A stretch of DNA of 64,000 nt from Longimicrobiales bacterium (GTDB taxonomy: Bacteria > Gemmatimonadota > Gemmatimonadetes > Longimicrobiales > Gaopeijiaceae): contig OZ220732.1 in assembly GCA_965116905.1 (NCBI GenBank), positions 3,168,001 through 3,232,000 of the forward strand. The letters run 5' to 3'. Of this stretch, positions 9,866 through 18,003 are shown piece by piece. Below the pieces are notes generated by a model. The model saw only the letters and a list, made by a program, of their open reading frames with translations. It ran no database searches and was not told where the DNA came from. Numbering within the stretch: position 1 is the first letter of the stretch; each line of letters opens with the position of its first letter. The translations under genes and the position numbers were made by a program.

Positions 9866-10587
9866 GCGCGCCGCTCGATGTTCTCGCCGTCATGGCGCAT
9901 CCGGATGACGCCGAGATCTTCTGTGGGGGATCGCTGATCAAGTCCGCGGACGCCGGACAACGAACCGGCGTGCTCGACCTTTCCGCCGGCGAAATGGGGT
10001 CGAGCGGGACCCGGGAGTCCCGCGCGGCCGAAGCGGCCAGGGCCGCCGAGGTCATGGGCCTTGCGGTGCGCCGCTGTGCCGGTCTCCCCGACGCCGCGCT
10101 GTGCAACGACCTGGACTCCAGGCACACGGTCGCAGGACTGATCCGCGCACTGCGGCCCCGAGTCATCGTGACGCACTGGACGCGGGGACGTCACCCGGAT
10201 CATCGTGCTGCAGCCCATCTTGCCCGGGATGCCGCCTTCCTGTCGGGGTTGCGCAACCTTCCCGTCGAGGGCGAGCCACACAGGCCGGAGAAGATCGTCC
10301 ATGCCCTTTCGTTCCGCGAGGACCCGGTCAAGCCGACCTTCGCCGTGGACATTACGGAGCAGATGGACCGCAAGATCGAGGCGTTGTCGGCCTACGGCAC
10401 ACAGTTCCGGGGCAAGAGCGGGATCGGCGAGGTGTTCCCGGCCGGTGACCGTCCTCTCTTCGAGCAGATCCGAAGCGTGCACGCCACCTACGGGTCATTG
10501 ATCCGTCGCGCCTACGCCGAAATCTACTGGACCGAAGAGACCGTCGAGACGGAAACGCTGGGAGACCTCGGAGTCAGCACCTTCTAG
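9862..10587 (+). CDS. bshB1: PIG-L family deacetylase, bacillithiol biosynthesis BshB1-like
   Basis: GTGA overlap start; AHPDDAE, DLSAGEMGSSGT, RHPDH motifs. Confidence 0.8.
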   Translation: MSAPLDVLAVMAHPDDAEIFCGGSLIKSADAGQRTGVLDLSAGEMGSSGTRESRAAEAARAAEVMGLAVRRCAGLPDAALCNDLDSRHTVAGLIRALRPRVIVTHWTRGRHPDHRAAAHLARDAAFLSGLRNLPVEGEPHRPEKIVHALSFREDPVKPTFAVDITEQMDRKIEALSAYGTQFRGKSGIGEVFPAGDRPLFEQIRSVHATYGSLIRRAYAEIYWTEETVETETLGDLGVSTF

Positions 10588-10592
10588 TGACA

Positions 10593-10625
10593 CCGGCGGG
10601 CCCCTCACGGTGAGGAGCCCGCCGG
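10593..10625. terminator. Strong GC hairpin between convergent transcription units
   Basis: CCGGCGGGC-c-CCTCA-cgg-TGAGG-a-GCCCGCCGG, 5 nt after the bshB1 stop; no U-tract. Confidence 0.6.
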
Positions 10626-10636
10626 ATACGTCGCCG

Positions 10637-10671
10637 CCACCCTGGACCGGCGTTTTCTTCCGGCCCGGTGG
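10637..10671. terminator. Imperfect hairpin right after the last peptide gene
   Basis: CCACC-ctggaCCGG...CCGGccc-GGTGG inverted repeat abutting the stop at 10673. Confidence 0.4.
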
Positions 10672-10672
10672 A

Positions 10673-10921
10673 TCACATGATCGGACCCGGTGGCGAGAAC
10701 CCGTTACAGCACCAGGGCATCCCGGGCATACACGGGATCGGCACACAGATGACCCAGGTGCCCATTCGCACCTCCCACCACTGGCCGGCGGCCGGTGCCG
10801 CGGCAGCCGAATCATATGCTCCCGTCCCGGGAGCGGAAACCAACAGCGCCGCCGTAACGCCCGCGATCTTCGCGGCTCTGGCCGCGGTGGTCGCCAGGCG
10901 CTCCATTACTTTGACTTGCAT
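10673..10921 (-). CDS. Putative secreted Cys-rich peptide precursor 3 (82 aa)
   Basis: MQVKVMERLATTAARAAKIAGVTAALLVSAPGTGAYDSAAAAPAAGQWWEVRMGTWVICVPIPCMPGMPWCCNGFSPPGPIM; GGAAGGG upstream; alternative start 10906; shares motif with its two neighbours. Confidence 0.8.
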   Translation of the reverse strand: MQVKVMERLATTAARAAKIAGVTAALLVSAPGTGAYDSAAAAPAAGQWWEVRMGTWVICVPIPCMPGMPWCCNGFSPPGPIM

Positions 10922-10968
10922 GACAATCACCCTTCCGCGGGAACAATCCCGCCGTTTATCCTCCGTGC

Positions 10969-11217
10969 TCAGAACAGGACGGGACCGCAACAGGTCGGGG
11001 CACCGCCACACGCGTAGTGGGTGCATATCTTCAGCACCCCAAACCAGACGACGAGCTTGTGGGGCCCCGACTGGGCGCTCGCTACGGTTTCAACCGGCAC
11101 GCCGCCGTCCGGTAGCGCCGGCACGACTGCTGTCAGCGCCGCGACCATACCCAACACCTTCACGCCCGCGCGTACCCCCCGCGTGCGGCCTGCAACTCTT
11201 CCGAATGTCTTTGGCAT
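10969..11217 (-). CDS. Putative secreted Cys-rich peptide precursor 2 (82 aa)
   Basis: MPKTFGRVAGRTRGVRAGVKVLGMVAALTAVVPALPDGGVPVETVASAQSGPHKLVVWFGVLKICTHYACGGAPTCCGPVLF; purine-rich AAGGGAAGAGGAA directly before the ATG. Confidence 0.8.
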   Translation of the reverse strand: MPKTFGRVAGRTRGVRAGVKVLGMVAALTAVVPALPDGGVPVETVASAQSGPHKLVVWFGVLKICTHYACGGAPTCCGPVLF

Positions 11218-11234
11218 TTCCTCTTCCCTTTTTG

Positions 11235-11471
11235 TTAGAAGTGAGGGTTCTCGTAGCAACACCAGCCACCCCAGCAAACCCCCCAACAGATGCGTAGCTT
11301 CCCCATCCCGATTACGTGTTCCCATATCTGCTCGCCAGCCGCTTCTGCCCCGGCCGCCACGGCCGGAACCTTCGCCGCCGGTGCGCCCGCGGAGAACGCG
11401 ACCGCTGCTCCCATGATCGCCGCGCGCACCAACCAAGCACGGCGCACAACACGTCTCTTGCTTCCCTTCAT
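11235..11471 (-). CDS. Putative secreted Cys-rich peptide precursor 1 (78 aa)
   Basis: MKGSKRRVVRRAWLVRAAIMGAAVAFSAGAPAAKVPAVAAGAEAAGEQIWEHVIGMGKLRICWGVCWGGWCCYENPHF; RBS AAGGAG 7 nt upstream. Confidence 0.82.
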   Translation of the reverse strand: MKGSKRRVVRRAWLVRAAIMGAAVAFSAGAPAAKVPAVAAGAEAAGEQIWEHVIGMGKLRICWGVCWGGWCCYENPHF

Positions 11472-11498
11472 CGTCGAACTCCTTCTCTTTCGAGTGTC

Positions 11499-11523
11499 AA
11501 AAGACCGAACTCAAGGATCGGTC
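11499..11523 (-). terminator. Terminator-like hairpin with U-tract between the thioredoxin-like gene and the peptide array
   Basis: Minus strand GACCGA-tccttgagt-TCGGTC-TTTT. Confidence 0.45.
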
Positions 11524-11535
11524 CGCGTCGTCAAC

Positions 11536-12099
11536 TCACCGAATTGCACCCATCACGCGTCTCTTGAGAAACCCCTCCAGCCCAAGCGAGTCCGTGGCCG
11601 AACGCCAATCCTCGGCTTCGCTCGTGGGGAGCACCGCCTCGACAATGCCAAATCTGTTCGTGACGTAGAACAGGCCCGTCTCCGCCCGTCCGAACGCTCG
11701 GACATAGTCGGATCGACTACGCACTTCGGTCCTCGCTGAAACCCGCTGGGAGCGGAGAAAGCCCGCGACCAGGTCGCGATCCGCATCCCCGCGCTCCCCC
11801 ACCGCCACCGCAACCACCTCGAGGCGGTCGCCCAGGCGATGCTGGAGCGCACGCACCGCTCTCGCGGGGTCCGTGAGCGTGCATCCCAGGCACTCCCTGG
11901 CGTCGAAAACCCACACCAGCACCGGACCGCGTCCAGAGAACCCCAGCCCAGGCAGAGCGTCACCAATGCCGGGGGCACCTCCGTCCCGCGACGAACATGC
12001 CGCGACCATGCTGGCAAAAAGGAGCATGGCGGCAGCCCGATGCGTGGCGAGGCCAGCCGCGCAGGTGCGGCCTCCGCGTACAACGACGGACCGCGTCAT
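11536..12099 (-). CDS. Thioredoxin-fold (TlpA/ResA-like) CxxC putative lipoprotein
   Basis: ATGA overlap with the upstream stop; lipobox-like MLLFASMVAAC; PVLVWVFDARECLGC followed by a helix and LEVVAVAV strand. Confidence 0.7.
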   Translation of the reverse strand: MTRSVVVRGGRTCAAGLATHRAAAMLLFASMVAACSSRDGGAPGIGDALPGLGFSGRGPVLVWVFDARECLGCTLTDPARAVRALQHRLGDRLEVVAVAVGERGDADRDLVAGFLRSQRVSARTEVRSRSDYVRAFGRAETGLFYVTNRFGIVEAVLPTSEAEDWRSATDSLGLEGFLKRRVMGAIR

Positions 12100-13247
12100 G
12101 GCTGCACACCACCCTTCCAACGCGCCACCAGCCACCGATTCGGCAGTACCGAGGCGGGATCATCGAAGTAGAACAGATCCTGCTCCACGGCCAACAGTTG
12201 CGGCATGTTGGCCGCACCCAGCAGTTGCCGCCCCTCCCGGTCGATGATCAGCACATCCCACACGGCATCCATGCCTCGCGACTGCATGGACGTCACCACC
12301 AGACTGCCGTCATCAAGAACGGACACCCCGAACACCTGAGTGAACCGGTCAAGGGCGTCCCCGCCGGCGTCGGCATCCGGGATGCTCTCCCCGACCCTGG
12401 GCAGGGTGCCCATGGGCCTCACCACCGGAAGCGGGATCTCCTCCAGTCGATCCCCTTGGCGGTTGAACTTGTAGAGGGTGTCCGACAGCGCCCACCCGGC
12501 CCAGATCGTATCCGCTTCCAGCGCAGCGAAGGCGCCCTGAAACGTGAGAGCGTAGCCGAGGGATTCCTCCGGCACCCCCATGGGAAGAAAACTGCGTTCG
12601 ATGTCCCCCGTACGGCGGTTCCAGATGTGAAGAAGACTCGGTGCCCCTTCAGCCTGCAGCGTGCCGGTCAGCAGATACCGATCTTCGCCGAGATCGTGTG
12701 CTCCCTGCACCGCGGTGATCGGCGACACGACGATATCGGGGTCCCCACCGGAAGCCGGGAAGAATGTCAGCCGGGCAAGCTGGAGGTCCGCGACCACGAT
12801 GCCGCCATCGAGGGTTCGGTGGGCCGTCAGCGGGAACAGAAACTCTCCCGGCCCCTCGCCCCTGCTACCCACAACGCGCCGCAGACGCCCATCGGTGCCG
12901 TAGACGTTGACCTGGCCCTCCATCGGCTCCGCCAACAGGAATGTGCCGTCTCCACCGAGGTTGACCATCGGCTGCACCATCATGGCCTCGTCGGTCTCTT
13001 CCAGCTCGAGTTCGGAGACCACTTCGAATGCCTCGTGGAACGCGGCCATGTCGACCAGCTCCGGAGGCGCGGCAGGATCGGGCGGTGGCGGAGGAGGATC
13101 GGTATCGGCCGTGTCGCAGGCCAACGCCGCCAGCAACAGGAGGAAACCGGGGACCTGGCCAGGGATTGTATAGGGCTCGCCCATGTATCGGGCGGCGCAA
13201 CCGGATCGGGTCTTCTGGCGGTTCCGGCGGTTCTCCGGCATCGGCAT
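12096..13247 (-). CDS. 6-bladed beta-propeller (NHL/TolB-like) putative lipoprotein
   Basis: RBS GGAGGGAG before ATG 13247 (alternative 13184); lipobox LLLLAALAC; Pro linker; VYGTDGRLRRVVGSRGEGPGEF and repeated blade ends (YKFNRQGD, IIDREGR). Confidence 0.78.
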   Translation of the reverse strand: MPMPENRRNRQKTRSGCAARYMGEPYTIPGQVPGFLLLLAALACDTADTDPPPPPPDPAAPPELVDMAAFHEAFEVVSELELEETDEAMMVQPMVNLGGDGTFLLAEPMEGQVNVYGTDGRLRRVVGSRGEGPGEFLFPLTAHRTLDGGIVVADLQLARLTFFPASGGDPDIVVSPITAVQGAHDLGEDRYLLTGTLQAEGAPSLLHIWNRRTGDIERSFLPMGVPEESLGYALTFQGAFAALEADTIWAGWALSDTLYKFNRQGDRLEEIPLPVVRPMGTLPRVGESIPDADAGGDALDRFTQVFGVSVLDDGSLVVTSMQSRGMDAVWDVLIIDREGRQLLGAANMPQLLAVEQDLFYFDDPASVLPNRWLVARWKGGVQP

Positions 13248-13395
13248 CGTGCCACTCCCTCCGTTGGTGGTGGCGGGGCGGGTTCGTTTCGGCTTGACCC
13301 CAAGATCGACCGACCAACGGGACACAGGGATAGCTGGATGGGACAATCGGACACCTGGCCCGATTCGGGAGGCGGCGATGGGGGGAAAAGGCCCC

Positions 13396-14772
13396 CTACT
13401 CCGGGATGTGTACCCCCTCCTGGCGCAGCCAGCCCTCCATGGTCGCCCGGATATCCCGCAGGCGCTCCGCGTTCGCGGCTTCGAAGCGCGCCACAATCAC
13501 GGGCTGCGTGTTCGAAGCGCGGATCAGCCCCCATCCGTCACCGAACTGCACGCGCACACCATCCACGGCAACCGTGTCGTAGCGGGCGCTGAAGTGCCGG
13601 ACGGCACGTTCCACGAGCGGGAACTTGTCTTCCTCCGCGACCTCGATCCTCAGTTCCGGCGTCACGACGTAGGCTGGCAACCCCTCGACGATCTGCGACA
13701 GCGGCCGGCCGTCGTCAGCGAGCATGACCGCGAGCCGGCACGCGGCATAGAGGGCGTCGTCGAAGCCGTAGTAGTCGTCGGCAAGGCAGATGTGTCCGGA
13801 AAGCTCCCCCGCCACCAGCGCCCCCGTCTCCTTCATCCTCTCCTTGATCAGCGAGTGCCCGGTCTTCCACATCAGGGGCTCGCCTCCGGCACGCGCGAAC
13901 TCCTCGGGAAGGACCTGCGAGCACTTCACGTCGAAGACCAGACGCTGACCGATGCCGTTGCGCAGCAGCACGTCGAGGCCGAACAGCAGAAGGAGGATGT
14001 CGCCCCGTACGATGTTCCCCCGGTCGTCCACAACCCCGATGCGGTCGGCGTCGCCGTCGAAGCCGATGCCCACGTCGGCCCGATGTTTGCGCACCTCGGT
14101 GACCAGGTCCTGGACGTACTCGTCCACGGTCGGATCCGGGTGATGATTGGGGAAGGTCCCGTCCGATTCGCAGTAGAGCGGAATCACCTCCAGGCCGATG
14201 GCTTCCAGCAGCTGTTGCGCGACCACTGAACCGGTCCCGTTCCCACAGTCGACGACAGCCCTCAGCGGACGTGAGAGCCGGAAGCGGCCGGACACATCGG
14301 CCACGTAGGCGCGGAGCGGGTTCACACGCTCGCACGACCCGGTCCCCTCGGTCAGATCCGACTCCAGAATGCGACGCCGCAGGCGCTGGATGCCGTCGCC
14401 GTGGATGGACGCCTTGCCCATGGTCATCTTGATGCCGTTGTACTCGGCCGGATTGTGGGAACCGGTGATTTGTACGGCCCCGATCGTCGCGAACTCGTAT
14501 TCGCTGAAGTAGGTGACGGGCGTCGGCACCGTGCCGAGCTGGAGGACTTCGCATCCCGCCGATCGCAGGCCCCGGACCAGAGCGGCCCGCAACCCGGGTG
14601 ACGAAGGTCGGTTGTCCTCACCCACGGCGACACGCGGCGCGGTACCCGGGAACTTCGCGCGCACCTCCGACCCGTAGGCCCTTCCCACAGCCTCCGCGAG
14701 CTCAGGGGTCAGATCGGTCCCCACGATGCCCCGAATGTCGTACTGCCGGAAGACGTGGTCCGCCAGGTGCAT
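13396..14772 (-). CDS. Phosphomannomutase/phosphoglucomutase
   Basis: FRQYDIRG, ITGSHNP, DGDADR, GELSGH, RASNT motifs. Confidence 0.95.
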   Translation of the reverse strand: MHLADHVFRQYDIRGIVGTDLTPELAEAVGRAYGSEVRAKFPGTAPRVAVGEDNRPSSPGLRAALVRGLRSAGCEVLQLGTVPTPVTYFSEYEFATIGAVQITGSHNPAEYNGIKMTMGKASIHGDGIQRLRRRILESDLTEGTGSCERVNPLRAYVADVSGRFRLSRPLRAVVDCGNGTGSVVAQQLLEAIGLEVIPLYCESDGTFPNHHPDPTVDEYVQDLVTEVRKHRADVGIGFDGDADRIGVVDDRGNIVRGDILLLLFGLDVLLRNGIGQRLVFDVKCSQVLPEEFARAGGEPLMWKTGHSLIKERMKETGALVAGELSGHICLADDYYGFDDALYAACRLAVMLADDGRPLSQIVEGLPAYVVTPELRIEVAEEDKFPLVERAVRHFSARYDTVAVDGVRVQFGDGWGLIRASNTQPVIVARFEAANAERLRDIRATMEGWLRQEGVHIPE

Positions 14773-14803
14773 CGGGGCGCGGCGTCCGCTTTCGGAACTC
14801 AGC

Positions 14804-16315
14804 TCAGGGACCCGCCGCGGCGGCCGTCCCGCCCACGGCATCCCTGAGGCCGTCGACGGAACCCGCTGCCAGATCCAGGGCCGCGCCGGGGAACAGTCCG
14901 CCCAGAATGATCAGTGCCACACCGATGACAAGGACGATGTGGGTTGCCAGGGGAGTGACGGCCGCCGCACCCGGCCCGTCCGCCGCACCCGGCTCCTTCA
15001 TCCACATGTACCAGGCGACGCGCAGGTAGTACCAGTAGGAGACGACCGTGGTGAGGACGAGGATCACCGCCAACACCCACAGCCCTGCCTCGGCGGCGCC
15101 CAGCAGCAGGTAGTACTTGGCGATGAAGCCGGCAGTCCCGGGGAAGCCGGCCAGGGACAGCAGGAAGACGGTCATCAGGAGCCCGAGCAGGGGCCGCTGC
15201 CATCCGAATCCCGTGTAGTCCTCGATCCTGGAGTTGCTCTCGCCCTGATTGCCGACGGTGACCACGATCGCGAAAGCGCCGATGGTCATGATCGTGTAGA
15301 CCAGGAGGTAGAAGAGGAGTCCCGCCGCAGCCGCGTCGTTCGCGGCAACCAGCGCCACCATCAGATAGCCGCCGTGGGCGATCGACGAGTAGGCCAGCAT
15401 GCGCTTGACGTTGGACTGCACGACGGCGATGACGTTCCCCAGGACCATCGTGACCGCGGCGATCCACCAGAGGATGGTCCACCACTGGTCGTACAGGCCG
15501 TCCAGGCCAACCAGGAATACGCGGAGAAACGCCATGAACGCGGCCGCCTTGACGGATGCAGCCATGAACGCGGTGACCGGGGTCGGCGCGCCCTCGTAGA
15601 CATCGGGCGTCCACATGTGGAATGGCACGGCGGACACCTTGAAGGCGAATCCGATCGCCAGCAGCGCCACTCCCGGGCCCATGAGGGTGCCCACGGCCGT
15701 GCCGTTGCGAACGACATCGGCGACCACTGCGATGTTGGCGCTCCCCGTCGCGCCGTACACGAGGGCAATCCCGAACAGCAGGAACCCGCTGGCGAAAGCG
15801 CCGAGCAGGAAGTACTTCAGCCCCGCCTCGGCCGACCGCCGGTCGCGGCGATTGAAGCCCGCCAGCGCATAGACGCCGATCGACATGAGCTCCAGCCCGA
15901 GGAAGATCACCATCAGGTCCCGGGCCGAAGCCATGAACATCATTCCCACGGCGGCAAACAGGATCAGGGAATAGTACTCCCCGGCCTGGAGCTTCTGCCG
16001 CGCGACGTACGGCAGGGAGACGACGATCGCGAGGCCGGCTCCGAGGAGAAAGATCCAGTTGGCGAAGAGACGGAAGCGGTCGACGGCGATCATTGCCGTG
16101 GCGCCCTCTTCGGCAACCCCGAAGTACAGCCACCCGTTTGCCAGCGCGGCAAAGGCCAGACCGGCGATCGCGAGCCAGCCGAGTTCCAGGCCCGATCCGG
16201 CCAGCTGTTTCCGGGACACCCCCGCGATCAGTATCCCCATCCCCCAGACCGAGAGCACCACCTCGGGCAGCAGTGCAAGGAGGTAGTGGGCTCCGGACGA
16301 GTAGTCGAGCAGCAC
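14804..16315 (-). CDS. nuoN: NADH-quinone oxidoreductase subunit N
   Basis: EAGLKYFLLG, FKVSAVPFHMWTPDVYEGAPTP, KRMLAYSSIAH. Confidence 0.95.
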   Translation of the reverse strand: MLLDYSSGAHYLLALLPEVVLSVWGMGILIAGVSRKQLAGSGLELGWLAIAGLAFAALANGWLYFGVAEEGATAMIAVDRFRLFANWIFLLGAGLAIVVSLPYVARQKLQAGEYYSLILFAAVGMMFMASARDLMVIFLGLELMSIGVYALAGFNRRDRRSAEAGLKYFLLGAFASGFLLFGIALVYGATGSANIAVVADVVRNGTAVGTLMGPGVALLAIGFAFKVSAVPFHMWTPDVYEGAPTPVTAFMAASVKAAAFMAFLRVFLVGLDGLYDQWWTILWWIAAVTMVLGNVIAVVQSNVKRMLAYSSIAHGGYLMVALVAANDAAAAGLLFYLLVYTIMTIGAFAIVVTVGNQGESNSRIEDYTGFGWQRPLLGLLMTVFLLSLAGFPGTAGFIAKYYLLLGAAEAGLWVLAVILVLTTVVSYWYYLRVAWYMWMKEPGAADGPGAAAVTPLATHIVLVIGVALIILGGLFPGAALDLAAGSVDGLRDAVGGTAAAAGP

Positions 16316-16318
16316 GCG

Positions 16319-17998
16319 TCAGTCCTCCCGCGCCGGAGTGGGGGAGGAAACCGGGTCCGGCGCCCCGAGCCCGGCGGGCGGAGTGTCGGCCCGGCGAAGC
16401 GGGGCGGAGGCTCCGGCTGGCGGAAGGGCGTCCGTGCCCGGCAGCACCTCGGCCCCGGGCCCGTCATCCTGTGAATTCGCGGAAGCCGTACCCACCGCCG
16501 CGCCCGCGCCCTCGACCCGCTCGAGGACCCGTTGCACGCTCGGCTCCATGCGCTCGAGGATGGGTGTGGGGTGGACGCCGATCCCGATCATGAGCGCAAC
16601 CATGGGCGCCAGGATCATGACCTCCCTCCTGGACAGATCCGGGAACTTCCGGTTCTCGGGCTTGTCCAGCTTGTTGAAGAGGATGCGCTGCACCATGGGC
16701 AGCATGTAGTACGCAGCGAATACGACGCCCGTGGCAGCCAGGATCGCTGCCAGCGCATGGGTCTCGAAGGTTCCCAGCAGGGCCAGGAATTCGCCCACGA
16801 AACCGCTGGTCCCCGGCAGACCGATCGACGCGAGCGCCGTGATTACGAAGGCCGTCGCGAAAAGCGGAGCCGCCCGCCCCACGCCGCCGAAGTCCGCGAT
16901 CAGCCGCGTGTGGCGCCGCTCGTACATCATTCCCAGCAGCAGGAACAGGGCGCCCGTCGAAATGCCGTGGCTGATCATCACCACCATGCCGCCCTGCAGG
17001 CCGTTCAGCGTCAGGGCGAAGATCCCGATCACCACGAACCCCATGTGCGCCACCGACGTGTAGGCGACCAGCTTCTTGGCGTCCGGCTGGACGGCCGCAA
17101 CCCACGCCGCGTAGATGATGCCGACCACTCCGAGCACCAGCATCACCGCCACGACCGTCGGATGTTGGGCCGCCGCGGGGAAGAGCGGCAGGAGGAATCT
17201 CATGAAGCCGTACGTGCCCATCTTCAGCAGTACCGCCGCCAGGATGACCGACCCGGGCGTCGGCGCCTCCACGTGGGCATCGGGCAGCCAGGTGTGCAGG
17301 GGGAACACGGGCACCTTGATGCCGAAGGCGAGCGCAAAGGCCGCGAAGAGCCATAGCTGCTCGCGCAGGCCGAGGTCCGCGTTGAGGAACGCTTCGTACC
17401 CGAAGGATCCTGCATTGCCCCCGAAGTAGATGTAGAGGATCGCGACCAGCATGAGGAGCGAGCCGACCGCGGTGTAGAGGAAGAACTTCACGGCGGCGTA
17501 GATCCGTCGTTCCCCGCCCCAGATGCCCACGATGAAGTACATGGGCACCAGGGTGAGCTCGAAGAAGACGTAGAAGAGGAAGATGTCGGTGGCGAGAAAC
17601 ACCCCCAGCACCCCCGTCTCCAGGAGCAGCATGAGGGCGTAGAACGCCTTGCGGCGCGTCTTGACGTACTCGAACGACCCGAGGATCGCGATCGCGCTGG
17701 TGAACGTCGTCAGCATCACCATGAAGACCGAGATGCCGTCGATGCCGAGCGCGTAGCTTACGCCCCACGACTCGATCCAGGGCGTGGAGGACTCGAGCAT
17801 GAACCCGCCGCCGCCCGGCTCGTAACCCCACCAGAGCCCGAGGCTGAGCAGGAAGACCAGCGCCGACCAGGCGAACGCACGGTGCCTGGCCCGTTCGGAT
17901 GACGAGACGGCCACATGCGCCATTCCGACCAGCGGCAGCCAGATCAGCGCGTGGAGGATCCAGTCCTCGTACCGTAGCGATGCAAGCAGATCCGTCAT
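16319..17998 (-). CDS. nuoM: NADH-quinone oxidoreductase subunit M
   Basis: GIDGIS, FYVFFE, IKVPVFPLHTWLPDAHVEAPT, LLKMGTYG. Confidence 0.95.
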   Translation of the reverse strand: MTDLLASLRYEDWILHALIWLPLVGMAHVAVSSSERARHRAFAWSALVFLLSLGLWWGYEPGGGGFMLESSTPWIESWGVSYALGIDGISVFMVMLTTFTSAIAILGSFEYVKTRRKAFYALMLLLETGVLGVFLATDIFLFYVFFELTLVPMYFIVGIWGGERRIYAAVKFFLYTAVGSLLMLVAILYIYFGGNAGSFGYEAFLNADLGLREQLWLFAAFALAFGIKVPVFPLHTWLPDAHVEAPTPGSVILAAVLLKMGTYGFMRFLLPLFPAAAQHPTVVAVMLVLGVVGIIYAAWVAAVQPDAKKLVAYTSVAHMGFVVIGIFALTLNGLQGGMVVMISHGISTGALFLLLGMMYERRHTRLIADFGGVGRAAPLFATAFVITALASIGLPGTSGFVGEFLALLGTFETHALAAILAATGVVFAAYYMLPMVQRILFNKLDKPENRKFPDLSRREVMILAPMVALMIGIGVHPTPILERMEPSVQRVLERVEGAGAAVGTASANSQDDGPGAEVLPGTDALPPAGASAPLRRADTPPAGLGAPDPVSSPTPARED

Positions 17999-18003
17999 TG
18001 GCG

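Noticed and set aside
10673..11471. Assigning the peptides to known RiPP classes (bufferin/MNIO, ranthipeptide, lanthipeptide)
   Set aside because: No DUF692, SPASM radical SAM, Lan or YcaO gene nearby and no double-glycine leader. The only radical SAM in the window is a clear MoaA.
11420..11471. Twin-arginine (Tat) signal in peptide 1 (SKRRVVRRAWL)
   Set aside because: Poor match to S/T-R-R-x-F-L-K and not shared by the other two leaders; Sec export is more likely.
10590..13395. Mobile-element origin of the peptide cassette
   Set aside because: No transposase, integrase, terminal repeats or target duplication seen by eye.
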